From contig CAKPKU010000001.1 in assembly GCA_934167365.1 (NCBI GenBank), positions 15,163 to 79,162 on the forward strand: a stretch of 64,000 nucleotides of DNA, read 5' to 3'. How positions within the stretch are numbered: the first letter of the stretch is position 1; the number at the start of each line of letters is the position of its first letter. This DNA is from an uncultured Clostridia bacterium (lineage in GTDB: Bacteria; Bacillota; Clostridia; TANB77; CAG-508). A model generated the notes under the pieces. That model saw nothing but the letters and a program-made list of their open reading frames with translations. It was not told the DNA's origin and did no database searches. Shown in pieces: positions 50,916-61,545 of the stretch. A program made the translations under genes and the position numbers.

Positions 50916-51980
50916 TTATTCCTTCTTTTTTAATATATCATTATATCCCATTGCAAATATTGCAATAATCAATAAAGCAAAAGATACAGCTTTCCAAATT
51001 CCACTTTCTAGCCAAATTATAGCAAACATTCCTAATGTTGTAGCTATTCCATATAATATAAGAACAGCTTCTTTTTGAGTATATCCTAAACTCATTAACC
51101 TATGATGTAAATGTCCTTTGTCAGGTTGTACGATTGCTTTCAATGATTTTCCTTTAATAACTCTTCTAACTATTGCAAATGTTGTATCTAAAATAGGCAA
51201 AGCTAGTACTATAATTGGTGCAATAATTACAATTGCAGTATATGTTTTGGCAACACCTAAAATAGATATAATTGATATAGCATATCCTAAAAAATTAGAT
51301 CCACAATCTCCCATATATGTTTTAGCTGGATTATAATTAAATGGCAAAAATCCAACTATACCACCTGCTAGTGCAGTTATTAATAATATTGAAATTAGTG
51401 GAGATTCATTGCTTGCAAAAATTATTAATAAAGATATACACGCAATTAATGTAATTCCTGATGACAATCCATCTAATCCATCTGTAAGATTTATTGCATT
51501 AGTTATTCCGACAATCCAAAACCAAGTTATTATATATTCAATAGCACCATTTAATTCAATAAGTTTATCTATTATTGGTATATTAAGATCTCCAATAGTT
51601 ATTCCAAATGCCATTGCAACCCCTGCTGCCAATGTTTGACCAAGTAACTTTGCTAAAGGTGGAATACTTTTGCAATCATCCACAAATCCTACTATTGAAA
51701 TTATAATTATTCCTATGAAAAAACCAGTAATTTTCCAATAGTATTCAGTTATTACACCTTTATCTTCAAGTTCCATTGATATAATTAAATATATCATTGA
51801 TACAAAAAAACCTGCAATTATTGCAATTCCTCCTAATCTAGGCATTGGAACTTTATTTATCCTTCTTTCAGATGGAACATCTATTGCTTTTACTTTTTTA
51901 GCTAATCTCATTGAATATGGTACTACAACATATGATGTTATAAATGCTAAAACAAACGCAATTGCTATATCTCCCCACAT
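50916..51980 (-). CDS. tagO: UDP-GlcNAc:undecaprenyl-phosphate GlcNAc-1-phosphate transferase (WecA/TagO family)
   Basis: 354 aa with 10-11 TM helices. It has VGFVDD, NAINLTDGLDGL and HLHHRL motifs. Confidence 0.9.
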   Translation of the reverse strand: MWGDIAIAFVLAFITSYVVVPYSMRLAKKVKAIDVPSERRINKVPMPRLGGIAIIAGFFVSMIYLIISMELEDKGVITEYYWKITGFFIGIIIISIVGFVDDCKSIPPLAKLLGQTLAAGVAMAFGITIGDLNIPIIDKLIELNGAIEYIITWFWIVGITNAINLTDGLDGLSSGITLIACISLLIIFASNESPLISILLITALAGGIVGFLPFNYNPAKTYMGDCGSNFLGYAISIISILGVAKTYTAIVIIAPIIVLALPILDTTFAIVRRVIKGKSLKAIVQPDKGHLHHRLMSLGYTQKEAVLILYGIATTLGMFAIIWLESGIWKAVSFALLIIAIFAMGYNDILKKKE

Positions 51981-52004
51981 AATCTTTTTCTCCTCTACTT
52001 TTAA

Positions 52005-52700
52005 TTACTTTATAATTTCTATATTATTATATCCTATAAATAATCCTGATTCTATAACACCTGAAACTAATTTTATTTTTTGCTCCAATTGTTCATCAAT
52101 TTTCTCAAATTTTGTATCTATAATAAAATTATTATTTTCTGTAATTATAGGTCCATCTTTTCCTTTGCCTAATCTTAAGGTACAACTTTTAGCACCTAAC
52201 TTATACAATTCTTCTTTTACATAATTTATTGAATCTGGGTAACACTCAACTGGTACACAAAATTTTTCTCCTAATTTATTAACAAATTTGCTATTATCAG
52301 CTAAAATATATGCTTTATTAGAATTTACAATATTTAGCTTTTCTTTAAACATTGCAGCACCTCTACCCTTTATTAGCCAATTGTTTCCATCAATTTCATC
52401 TGTTCCATCAAAACACCAATCAGGCTTTTTTTCTATTAATGAAACTGTTTCAATTCCTAAACTACTACATAATAATTTAATTTCATATGATGTTGGTATT
52501 GCTAATATTTTCAAGTTCTGATTTTTAATTTTTTTTGCAATTTCCTTAACAGCTAAAAACGAAGTTGACCCAGAGCCAAAGCCTATAACTTCTCCATCTT
52601 TAACTTTATCAGCAATAATTTTAGCTATTCTTAACTTTTCTTTTTCATTAGATATTTCTGAATTCCAATTACAATATGAATCTTGTATATTCCAGTTCAT
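52005..52700 (-). CDS. rpiA: Ribose-5-phosphate isomerase A
   Basis: 231 aa with the GFGSGST, DGTDE, KGRGAA, ITENNNFIID and GVIESGLF motifs. Confidence 0.8.
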   Translation of the reverse strand: MNWNIQDSYCNWNSEISNEKEKLRIAKIIADKVKDGEVIGFGSGSTSFLAVKEIAKKIKNQNLKILAIPTSYEIKLLCSSLGIETVSLIEKKPDWCFDGTDEIDGNNWLIKGRGAAMFKEKLNIVNSNKAYILADNSKFVNKLGEKFCVPVECYPDSINYVKEELYKLGAKSCTLRLGKGKDGPIITENNNFIIDTKFEKIDEQLEQKIKLVSGVIESGLFIGYNNIEIIK

Positions 52701-52752
52701 ATGTTTACCTCCTATTTTACATCTTGTTGTTTTCTAAAATTCAATCTTTAGC

Positions 52753-54117
52753 TTATTGTTGGCTTTCTTCATTTGTTTGATTATCACCTAATAACAATTG
52801 CTTTTTTTCGTTATATATCTTTGGTAATAATTCCTTTACAGCATTATATAAATTTTTAAATTGTCTTTCATTTAGGTCATTTAATATGATTTTCGCAGAA
52901 TTATCATAATCAACATTTTGCTCAACATCATCTGTTATTTTTGTTGTTGATATATAGCCTAAATTTATGTTATTTTTACATTCAACTATTATATTTGTTT
53001 CAATAGAATTCTTATCATCAGATATTTTGTTTGTTATATTAACTTCTTGAACCATTTTTACTGCTTTATTTAATGCATCTGAAATTGAAACAATAAATTT
53101 ACTATCAATATCATTTTTTAATAGCTCTTGTTTTATGTTTATACTATTGTTTTCTTTATCACAGGTTATTTTTATTAATTTATCCTCATATATTTTTAAG
53201 TTTGTTTGCAATAAATTTCCTTTTTCAACATATACTGAAATTTCTATAAACTCATCACTTGTTGTGTATACATTGTCAACCTTATCAGCCAATTCATTTA
53301 ACTTATTTGAAATTGTACTTATTTGGCATTTTTCTTGTGGCAAATTTAGTAACTTCATTTTTGATGAAATTAAATTTAATGCTCTACTATCTTTTGAAAT
53401 TTCTTTTATTGTATCAACTAAAATTTTTTTTGTTTCATTTTCTGTTAATGTCAATTTATATGATGTTGCAGAATGAATAACATTATCAATTTTTATTCCA
53501 ACAGCCTCTTCCTTTGAATAATTTTGTGATTGAGTATCTAATACAATAAATTTACTATATTTATCTGTAAGATAATTTTTATCCTCTTCTGATATTTCTA
53601 ATAAATCAATTGCAGTTCCCCAATTTATATTATCTGGAATATAATCTAACTCAGTAATTCCCATATTTTCAAAAACTTGCTTTAAATTACTGTTTTTTAG
53701 TGTTATGTATCCATTTGCTAGTTCATCAATTTTAACACCAACAATATTATTTTTTTTAACTAGATTAAAGTCAATAATATTATCAGAATCTTTTGTAATT
53801 GACACTTTTGTTTCGATATTATTATTACCACCATTTGCATTACTATTTGCATTTAAATTATACTTTTGATTATTTACATTCACAAAAAAATCTGTCTTGG
53901 TAATATATGAATTAGAATTTTTCTTATTTTTAAATTGCTCTATATTATCATTACTAAAAACTTCTGTAATATCACTATTTTTTACAACATATTTCCAAAA
54001 CAATTGTTGATTCGTTTTCAAATAATCTGTACAATTATATACATAAAATCCAATTACAATAGTTATAAGCAAAATTATAATAATACTTATCATAATAATT
54101 TGCTTCTTTTTCTTCAT
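52753..54117 (-). CDS. hypothetical membrane-anchored extracytoplasmic protein (paralog of the 7862..9715 product)
   Basis: 454 aa with an N-terminal TM anchor and an ectodomain that shares an alignable core with the 617-aa protein. Confidence 0.55.
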   Translation of the reverse strand: MKKKKQIIMISIIIILLITIVIGFYVYNCTDYLKTNQQLFWKYVVKNSDITEVFSNDNIEQFKNKKNSNSYITKTDFFVNVNNQKYNLNANSNANGGNNNIETKVSITKDSDNIIDFNLVKKNNIVGVKIDELANGYITLKNSNLKQVFENMGITELDYIPDNINWGTAIDLLEISEEDKNYLTDKYSKFIVLDTQSQNYSKEEAVGIKIDNVIHSATSYKLTLTENETKKILVDTIKEISKDSRALNLISSKMKLLNLPQEKCQISTISNKLNELADKVDNVYTTSDEFIEISVYVEKGNLLQTNLKIYEDKLIKITCDKENNSINIKQELLKNDIDSKFIVSISDALNKAVKMVQEVNITNKISDDKNSIETNIIVECKNNINLGYISTTKITDDVEQNVDYDNSAKIILNDLNERQFKNLYNAVKELLPKIYNEKKQLLLGDNQTNEESQQ

Positions 54118-54129
54118 AAAAATTTCCTC

Positions 54130-54948
54130 CTATTTTATCCTTTGTTTAACAACTTCATACATAACAATACCAGCAGAAACAGAAGCATTTAAAGATGTTA
54201 TTTTTCCATTCATTGGAATTTTAACTAAAAAATCACAATTTTCCTTTACAAGTCTACTCATTCCAAAACCTTCACTTCCAATTACTATTGCTATTGGCAT
54301 ATTATAATCTTGATTATAATAATATGTATTTGTAGCAATATCAGTTCCACAAATCCAAACGCCATTTTCCTTTAAATACTTTATAGTTTCATTAATATTA
54401 TTAACTCTTGCCACATTCATATATTGTACTGCCCCTGCGGAAACTTTGTTAACTGTACTATTAACAGCAGCAGCCCTTCTTTTAGGAATTATTATACCAT
54501 GCACTCCTGCGGTTTCAGCAGTTCTAATTATTGATCCTAAATTATGTGGATCTTCTATTCCATCTAAAATTATTATAAATGGATTTTCATTTTTGCTTTT
54601 AGCTAAATCTAAAATATCATCTACATCACAATAATCAAAAGGAGGTACAATTGCAATTACTCCTTGATTATTATCTGTTTGAGACATTTGATTAATTTTT
54701 GCTCTGTCAATTTCATTTATTATTATCTTTTTTTCTTTAGCTAAAGCTATTATTTTATTTATAGATCCATGTTTTTCGCCTTTTGCTATATATATTTTAT
54801 TAACAGCCCTATTTGATTCAAGTAGCTCTATTACTGAATTTCTTCCTTCTATTTGATCTTCTGATTTATCTTGTGTATCAAATTTTTCTAACTTATTTTC
54901 TTTAAAAACTTCTTTTTTATTTTTAAATTTCTTTTCAGTATTCTTCAT
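54130..54948 (-). CDS. rlmB: 23S rRNA (guanosine-2'-O)-methyltransferase RlmB (SpoU/TrmH family)
   Basis: 272 aa with the SpoU motifs ILDGIEDPHNLGSIIRTAETAGV and VIGSEGFGMS. Confidence 0.85.
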   Translation of the reverse strand: MKNTEKKFKNKKEVFKENKLEKFDTQDKSEDQIEGRNSVIELLESNRAVNKIYIAKGEKHGSINKIIALAKEKKIIINEIDRAKINQMSQTDNNQGVIAIVPPFDYCDVDDILDLAKSKNENPFIIILDGIEDPHNLGSIIRTAETAGVHGIIIPKRRAAAVNSTVNKVSAGAVQYMNVARVNNINETIKYLKENGVWICGTDIATNTYYYNQDYNMPIAIVIGSEGFGMSRLVKENCDFLVKIPMNGKITSLNASVSAGIVMYEVVKQRIK

Positions 54949-55021
54949 TTTCTTTAATTATTTCTGTAAGCATTTAATGCAAACATACTCCCTTCTAAAA
55001 TATATACTCTATTAATAAGCA

Positions 55022-56836
55022 CTACGCTTCATCATCTAATTTTAATACTGATAAAAATGCTTCTTGAGGAATTTCTACATTTCCTATTTCACGCATCTTC
55101 TTCTTTCCACGTTTTTGCTTTTCTAATAATTTTTTCTTTCTTGTAATATCTCCACCATAACATTTAGCAAGTACATCTTTTCTCATTGCAGAAATCGTTT
55201 CTCTTGCTATTATTTTTCCACCAATAACAGCTTGAATTGGAATAGTAAACAAGTGTCTTGGAATAACTGTTTTTAATTTTTCTACCATTTTTTTGCCTTT
55301 GTCATATGCCATATCTTTATGAACTATAAATGACAATGCATCTACACTTTCTCCATTTACCCAAATATCCAATTTTACAAGCTCTGATCTTCTATATTCT
55401 TTAAATTCATAATCAAAAGATGCATAACCTTTTGTTTTAGATTTTAAATTATCAAAGAAATCATATATTATTTCATTTAGTGGTAATTCATATATTAGTG
55501 TAACTCTATTTTGATCAAGGTATTTCATATCAACATACATACCTCTTCTATTTTGACATATATCCATTATATTCCCAACAAAATCTTTTGGTGTTAAAAT
55601 TTCTGCTGTTACATATGGCTCTTCTATATATGAAATTTCATTTGGTACTGGTAGCTCTGATGGATTATACAAATCAATTACTGTTCCATCTGTTTTATGA
55701 ACTTTATATATAACTGATGGAGATGTTGTAATTAAACTTAAATCAAATTCTCTATCTAAACGCTCTTCAATTATTTCAAGATGTAAAAGTCCTAAAAATC
55801 CACATCTGAATCCAAATCCTAAAGCTGCGGAGGTCTCTTGTTCGTACTCTAAAGCTGCATCATTTAATTTTAATTTTTCCAATGCTATCTTTAAATTTTC
55901 ATAATCACTACCATCCATAGGGTATAATCCACAATATACCATTGGGTTAACTTTTTTATAACCTGGTAGTGGCTCTTTTGCTGGTTTGTCTGCTAATGTT
56001 ATAGTATCACCAACTCTTATATCAGACAAATTTTTAATACTAGCTGCTATATACCCAACTTCTCCTGCCTGTAATTTATCAGCTGGTACATAATTTCCTG
56101 GCTCAAAATATCCTACTTCAGTTACTGTAAATTTCTTTTTAGCTGCCATTAATAATATTTCATCACCAACTTTAACAGTTCCATCTTTTACCCTCACATA
56201 TGCAATTGCTCCTTTATAATTATCATACAAAGAATCAAATATTAAACATTTTAAAAGATCATTTTCATCTCCTGTTGGGGCAGGAATATCTGTAACAATT
56301 CTTTCAAGTACTTGATCTACATTTAATCCAGATTTTGCTGATATACATGGTGCATCTTGTGCTGGAATTCCTATTATTTCTTCTATTTCATCTTTAACTT
56401 CTTGTGGTCTAGCATTTGGTAAATCCACTTTATTTATAACAGGTAAAATTTCTAAATTATTATCTACTGCTAAATATACATTAGCAAGAGTTTGTGCCTC
56501 TACACCTTGGCTACTATCTACAACTAAAATAGCTCCATCACATGCAGCTAAACTTCTTGATACTTCATAATTAAAGTCAACATGACCTGGTGTGTCAATT
56601 AAATTAAATTCATATTCTTCACCATTTTTGGCTTTATACAACATTCTTACTGCTTGTGACTTTATTGTAATTCCTCTTTCTCGCTCTATATCCATATTAT
56701 CTAAAACTTGACTTTCCATCTCTCTTTTTGATAATACTCCAGTCATTTCGATTAATCTATCTGCTAAAGTTGATTTTCCATGATCTATATGTGCTATAAT
56801 GCTAAAATTTCTGATGTGATCTTTTCTCTTTCCCAC
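55022..56836 (-). CDS. lepA: Elongation factor 4 (LepA)
   Basis: 604 aa with the G1 motif [14 protein letters not shown] and NKVD, plus the LepA-specific C-terminal domain. Confidence 0.95.
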   Translation of the reverse strand: MGKRKDHIRNFSIIAHIDHGKSTLADRLIEMTGVLSKREMESQVLDNMDIERERGITIKSQAVRMLYKAKNGEEYEFNLIDTPGHVDFNYEVSRSLAACDGAILVVDSSQGVEAQTLANVYLAVDNNLEILPVINKVDLPNARPQEVKDEIEEIIGIPAQDAPCISAKSGLNVDQVLERIVTDIPAPTGDENDLLKCLIFDSLYDNYKGAIAYVRVKDGTVKVGDEILLMAAKKKFTVTEVGYFEPGNYVPADKLQAGEVGYIAASIKNLSDIRVGDTITLADKPAKEPLPGYKKVNPMVYCGLYPMDGSDYENLKIALEKLKLNDAALEYEQETSAALGFGFRCGFLGLLHLEIIEERLDREFDLSLITTSPSVIYKVHKTDGTVIDLYNPSELPVPNEISYIEEPYVTAEILTPKDFVGNIMDICQNRRGMYVDMKYLDQNRVTLIYELPLNEIIYDFFDNLKSKTKGYASFDYEFKEYRRSELVKLDIWVNGESVDALSFIVHKDMAYDKGKKMVEKLKTVIPRHLFTIPIQAVIGGKIIARETISAMRKDVLAKCYGGDITRKKKLLEKQKRGKKKMREIGNVEIPQEAFLSVLKLDDEA

Positions 56837-57023
56837 TAAAGTTCCTCCTAATTAAATTTTATATTACTTTTTTATACAAAAACATCGATTTTATCATAAT
56901 TCTTGCATAACCATAATACCATATTTTGCCACTATTTATCAATACTATGATAATATTTTTTAATGAAACAAAGCCTTGTTAACTCCCCTTGAAAAAAATT
57001 AAAGTTCCATATATAATAGCTTT

Positions 57024-57918
57024 ATGAAAAATTTAATCGTACCTGAAAAATATAATAATAAAAAACTAAATAATTTCTTACTAGACACATTTAATGGTCT
57101 ATCATCATCAACAATATATAAAGCTTTACGAAAAAAGGATATAAAATTAAATGATAAGAGAATATCAGAAAATTGTTTACTTAGAACAGGAGATGATATA
57201 AAAATATATATAGCAGACAATTTATTAGAAAAAAAGCTTGATATTCCAATTATATATGAAGATGATAATATTATTGTGTTTAATAAACCATTTAATTTAG
57301 AGGTAACTGGTGAAACTAATTCATTATCTTCATATGCCAAAAAGTTATTTTCAAATACTAATAATCCGTTCATAGAGCCTTGTCATAGATTAGATATGAA
57401 CACATCTGGTTTAGTGCTTTTTGCAAAAAACGAAGATGCTCTTGAAGCTTGCTTAAATGCCTTCAAAAATCATAATATTGAAAAACACTATATATGTGTT
57501 GTATATGGAATTCCACATATAAAAAAGCAAAAATTACAATCCTATTTATTTAAAGATTCAAAAAAAGCTTTAGTATATATATCTGATATTCCTAAAAATA
57601 AATATCAAAAAATCATTACATCATATACTGTATTAAATGAAAATAAATCGAAAAATATATCACAACTTGATGTAAAGATAGAAACACGGTAAAACCCACC
57701 AAATAAGGGCTCACCTATCTCATATAGGTTATCCAATATTAGGAGATGGAAAATATGGTATAAATAAAGTTAATAAAAATTTTAAACTTAAATATCAACA
57801 ATTATCAAGTTATAGTTTAAAATTTAATTTTCCAAGTGATAGTCAATTATATTATTTAAATAATATAACCATAAAGCAAAAACAAATTCCTTTTTCTAAT
57901 TTTTTCATAGACAAGTAG
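57024..57918 (+). pseudogene. RluA-family pseudouridine synthase interrupted by a +1 frameshift near 57684-57689
   Basis: The 57024..57692 ORF encodes an S4-like N-terminus and the catalytic HRLDMNTSGLVLFAK. The conserved continuation GKTHQIRAHLSHIGYPILGDGKYG is read in the -1 frame from 57688 to the stop at 57916-57918. The sequence reads ACA CGG TAA where ACA GGT AAA is expected, so one base is extra. Confidence 0.7.
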
Positions 57919-57963
57919 CAAAAACTCCTTTTTTGAATAAAATATGTATATCAATATATTTTT

Positions 57964-58851
57964 TTGAGAATACTATATTTGTTCAGGAAAGGAGCTTTTA
58001 TGATATCAATTTGTATAAAGAGCATTAATAAATCAAAATTGAATATTTTAAATAAACAACTAGAAAAACTGCCTATTCCACATATATATTATTCACAAAA
58101 AAAATTTAAAAACTATTATAACTTGATAATACATTATACAGGAAAAAGCTCCGCAAAATTTTATGATGGAATTTCAAACATAGTTACTAATTATATTATA
58201 AATAATTTAGAAGAAAAAATAATAAGAAAACAAATTATGTATGAATATTTTTATTTTAATACATCTGAAAGAGAGCTAATTATTAGATCTGCAATTGAAA
58301 AACTACAAACACCATTTTATTCTCATGAGAAAAATTTCATACTAAAAGAAGCTTGTGATGATTATATATATAATAATAAATCAATCTATTTAGAAGGTTT
58401 TATTAATTTTAGAATTTATAAATATAGAAAATTAATAACAACAATTCTTGAAGAGATTATAAATGATTATGTAATACAAAAAGAATATGCTGAATATGTA
58501 AATTTACTTCATGAATATATTCAAATACAACCTTCTCAATCAAACATAGTTCATTTAATATATAATAGCAATACAAAACTTTTATTAGATGAACGCGGAA
58601 ATGTTATATCTAATATTGATAATTCACAAGTATATTTATCTGATATTTCATTTTCATCAAATGATTTTATATTAAATACATTACTAACCTCATTACCTAA
58701 AAATTTATACATTCATCTAAATACTGAAGAAGATAATTTTATAAAATTTTTAAAATTAATTTTTAATGGTCGATATTCAATTTGCACTCAATGCAAAATA
58801 TGTTCAAATTATTTTTCAGTAAACAGCTCTAAATTGCCTAGACAACAATAG
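57964..58851 (+). CDS. ytxC: Putative sporulation protein YtxC
   Basis: 295 aa. It has a YtxC-like pattern (EGFINFRIYKYRKL...VIQKEYAEYVNLLHEYIQIQPSQSNIVHLIY). The likely start is the internal MISICIK. Confidence 0.5.
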   Translation: MRILYLFRKGAFMISICIKSINKSKLNILNKQLEKLPIPHIYYSQKKFKNYYNLIIHYTGKSSAKFYDGISNIVTNYIINNLEEKIIRKQIMYEYFYFNTSERELIIRSAIEKLQTPFYSHEKNFILKEACDDYIYNNKSIYLEGFINFRIYKYRKLITTILEEIINDYVIQKEYAEYVNLLHEYIQIQPSQSNIVHLIYNSNTKLLLDERGNVISNIDNSQVYLSDISFSSNDFILNTLLTSLPKNLYIHLNTEEDNFIKFLKLIFNGRYSICTQCKICSNYFSVNSSKLPRQQ

Positions 58852-58901
58852 CAAGCAAAATAAAAGCAAAGTATTTATTTTATAAATGCTTTGCTTTTAT
58901 T

Positions 58902-59219
58902 TTAATAACCATCAACTAAATTATACACATTCATATATCCATCTGAAATTAATATTTTTTGTGCTTTTTTACTTCGTATACCAGATGAACAATATAGAAT
59001 AATATATTTATTTTTATCTTTTATTTTATCTGTAATAATATTTATATCATTTAGTGGTATATTTATAGCACCATTAAAATGACCTTCATTAAACTCTTGC
59101 TTACTTCTTACATCAATTAATATAGCTGATTTAGTTTTTAAAATTTTTTGCATTTCGTTATATGATATATCTCCATTAGTTTCATTTCTGTAACAGCAAT
59201 ATCTTTTCAATACATACAC
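58902..59219 (-). CDS. Rhodanese-like domain protein
   Basis: About 85-105 aa. It has the active-site loop YCSSGIRS and AILIDVRSKQEFNEGHFNGAINIP. The start codon is uncertain. Confidence 0.75.
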   Translation of the reverse strand: MYVLKRYCCYRNETNGDISYNEMQKILKTKSAILIDVRSKQEFNEGHFNGAINIPLNDINIITDKIKDKNKYIILYCSSGIRSKKAQKILISDGYMNVYNLVDGY

Positions 59220-59310
59220 CTTCTTTCGGAAATCACTGCAATATGCATTAAAGGCAAAAAAATAACGAATATATTAATATTATATTCGTTATTTTTATTT
59301 TTGACATTTT

Positions 59311-60168
59311 CTAATTATTTTTTTCCTTTTTTATTAAATCTTCAGAAAATTTTTGATTAATATATGTTAAAACTATTACATATATTGCAAATGCTGCAAT
59401 CATAGAAAGCTTATTAATTGGGTATCTTGTTATTGCAATTATTGACATATACACAACTTCTGAAATAATTAACAACATTAATGTGTATTTTAAAACTTTT
59501 CCTATTCCTAGTTTTCTAAATCTAATTACAAAATATGCTATTATTATAACAGTAGCTATTGCTATAAATAATACATATTGTTTAGCCATATCTGTCAAAC
59601 GTACTCTAGGAACATCATTTTTTACTATAAGTTCAGTTACTCCTATTGATGTTATTGTATTTGATAATGAGTATTTTTCATTTATTTTATTATTTAAATT
59701 TTCTAGCTCACTTTTAGATATTAAAGATGATTCTATTGATACATATGTTTCATCTTCTTTATATTTTTCTACATTTGTGTCTTCTTTTCCAAATACTTCA
59801 TTTGCAATTGCTTTAACATCATCAACAGAATATTTTGCTTCTCCCATTGGTATTTTAATATTTTGCTTAATATTATATTTTTCATTTAATTTATTTTTTA
59901 AATTATTTAGTTGCTCATCAGATACTTCTTTAACTGTTATATATGCTTCATCTTCATATATACCAGCTTTTTCAATTTTTACTTCTTGCTTACCAAATAC
60001 ATCATTAGTAATTGCTTTTATATCTTCTACGTTAAATTCAGTTCCTATTGATGCACTTATTGATTGGTGAGCTCTATATCTTAAGTCAACATTATATCCC
60101 TTTACTGCAACAACAATTATTCCAATAATTGTGATAATAATTGCTACAATAGATAAATTTTTTTTCAT
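59311..60168 (-). CDS. Membrane protein with a SecF-like layout (N-terminal TM, internally duplicated extracytoplasmic domain, 3 C-terminal TMs); function unknown
   Basis: 285 aa. There are two approximately 55-aa repeats (EDIKAITNDVFGKQEV... and DDVKAIANEVFGKEDT...). The C-terminal YFVIRFRKLGIGKV resembles the SecF TM2 region, but the TM count is too low for a canonical SecF. Confidence 0.4.
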   Translation of the reverse strand: MKKNLSIVAIIITIIGIIVVAVKGYNVDLRYRAHQSISASIGTEFNVEDIKAITNDVFGKQEVKIEKAGIYEDEAYITVKEVSDEQLNNLKNKLNEKYNIKQNIKIPMGEAKYSVDDVKAIANEVFGKEDTNVEKYKEDETYVSIESSLISKSELENLNNKINEKYSLSNTITSIGVTELIVKNDVPRVRLTDMAKQYVLFIAIATVIIIAYFVIRFRKLGIGKVLKYTLMLLIISEVVYMSIIAITRYPINKLSMIAAFAIYVIVLTYINQKFSEDLIKKEKNN

Positions 60169-60188
60169 ATTTTACACCTCTCCCACAA

Positions 60189-61520
60189 TTATTTATTTAT
60201 TAATATTCTAGTAATTATTGCATCATATATAATCATTACAATTAAGCCCCAGAAAATAGACATTCCTAATGATGCTAATTGTAAATATGGAGCACAACAA
60301 AATACTATTGCAAGTATCATTGTTGGTACTAACATATTTGAAATTTCAGCAAAGTTTTGTTTAAATGTTTTCTCATTTCCTAAAGTTTTCATTATTAAAA
60401 TATAATTAGCTATTGTTATTATTGCTATTCCTAATATTGAAAATAATGTAATTTTAACATTTGTATATCTTAATGTTAATAAAATTGTTGCAACTAGTCC
60501 TACTAAAGATAATACTGGTAGTATTGCTTTTACCTTAAATTTATATAAAGCAAATAGCATCATAAGTGCTCCAATTATTATTGAAATCATTATAATTGTT
60601 TTTATATTAATATTTGATGATACAACTTCTATTGATTCTTGTTCATATTTTACAGGAACTTCTCCATTATTTATAATTGAGACTAAAGCTAATGATCTAT
60701 CATAATATTCTTCTGATTCTTTAGAATCAGCATTTTGACCAAGTACTAATTCTAGCTCTCCATCTTTTGTTGATTCAACAAAGCTAGTAGCTGTGTCACT
60801 ATATAAGGTTGTCCCATCTAAAGTTATAGCGAATGTAGCTTCTGATTCATTTCCTTCACTATTTGTATAATTTGTATTAGCTGTTTTTAATTTATTTTTT
60901 GCATCGTTTGTAAATTTAATATTTAATAATACATATGGTGTTGAATAATTTGCTGTATCAATTCTTGTTGTAGCCTTTTTAAATCCATTTGATTCTATTA
61001 CAACTTCATTTGAACTTTGATTTAATACTTGTATTTTTCCAGTAGAAACAATGTCTGAAAAATAGCTTGAGTTCATAGTTGATGGAACTTCTATCATTAT
61101 TTTTCCTGTTTCTTCATCTAATCTTACATCATATTCTTCTGCTCCCATAGCAGCTAATCTTCTTTCAATGATGTTTTTAGATTCATTATATTGTTTCTTT
61201 TTATTATCAGCATTGTCTTGATTTTGATTTGCTTGATTTTCATTGTTTTGCTCTTGATTTGTTTCTGTTGTTGTTTCAGTGTTTTCTTCTGAATTTTCAT
61301 CTTTTTTTGTTTCTTCTGTATTTTCACTATTTTGCTCTTCACTTGTTTGAGTATCTTCTGTTACTGAATAAGAAACCACCTTTCTTTGACTGAAATCTTT
61401 ACCTAAAGCATAGTCCTTTAATAAATTTTTTCCTTTGTATACACCTACAAATGATACTAAGGATACTAATACTACAATTAACATTGCTAGTACGATTTTT
61501 AATGTGTAATTTTTTTTCAC
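60189..61520 (-). CDS. Membrane protein with a SecD-like topology (1 N-terminal TM, a roughly 280-aa ectodomain, 5 C-terminal TMs) that lacks the canonical SecD catalytic residues
   Basis: 443 aa. The segment GIAIITIANYILIMKTLGNE aligns positionally with SecD GMAVDANVLIFERIRE, but the Asp and Arg are replaced. There is a Q/N/E-rich low-complexity insert. Confidence 0.4.
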   Translation of the reverse strand: MKKNYTLKIVLAMLIVVLVSLVSFVGVYKGKNLLKDYALGKDFSQRKVVSYSVTEDTQTSEEQNSENTEETKKDENSEENTETTTETNQEQNNENQANQNQDNADNKKKQYNESKNIIERRLAAMGAEEYDVRLDEETGKIMIEVPSTMNSSYFSDIVSTGKIQVLNQSSNEVVIESNGFKKATTRIDTANYSTPYVLLNIKFTNDAKNKLKTANTNYTNSEGNESEATFAITLDGTTLYSDTATSFVESTKDGELELVLGQNADSKESEEYYDRSLALVSIINNGEVPVKYEQESIEVVSSNINIKTIIMISIIIGALMMLFALYKFKVKAILPVLSLVGLVATILLTLRYTNVKITLFSILGIAIITIANYILIMKTLGNEKTFKQNFAEISNMLVPTMILAIVFCCAPYLQLASLGMSIFWGLIVMIIYDAIITRILINK

Positions 61521-61545
61521 TTTGTTTCCTCCTTTTTATCCTTTA

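Noticed and set aside
61154-61342. 62-aa K/Q-rich ORF on the minus strand
   Set aside because: It is an out-of-frame reading of the Q/N/E-rich low-complexity insert inside the 60189..61520 gene.
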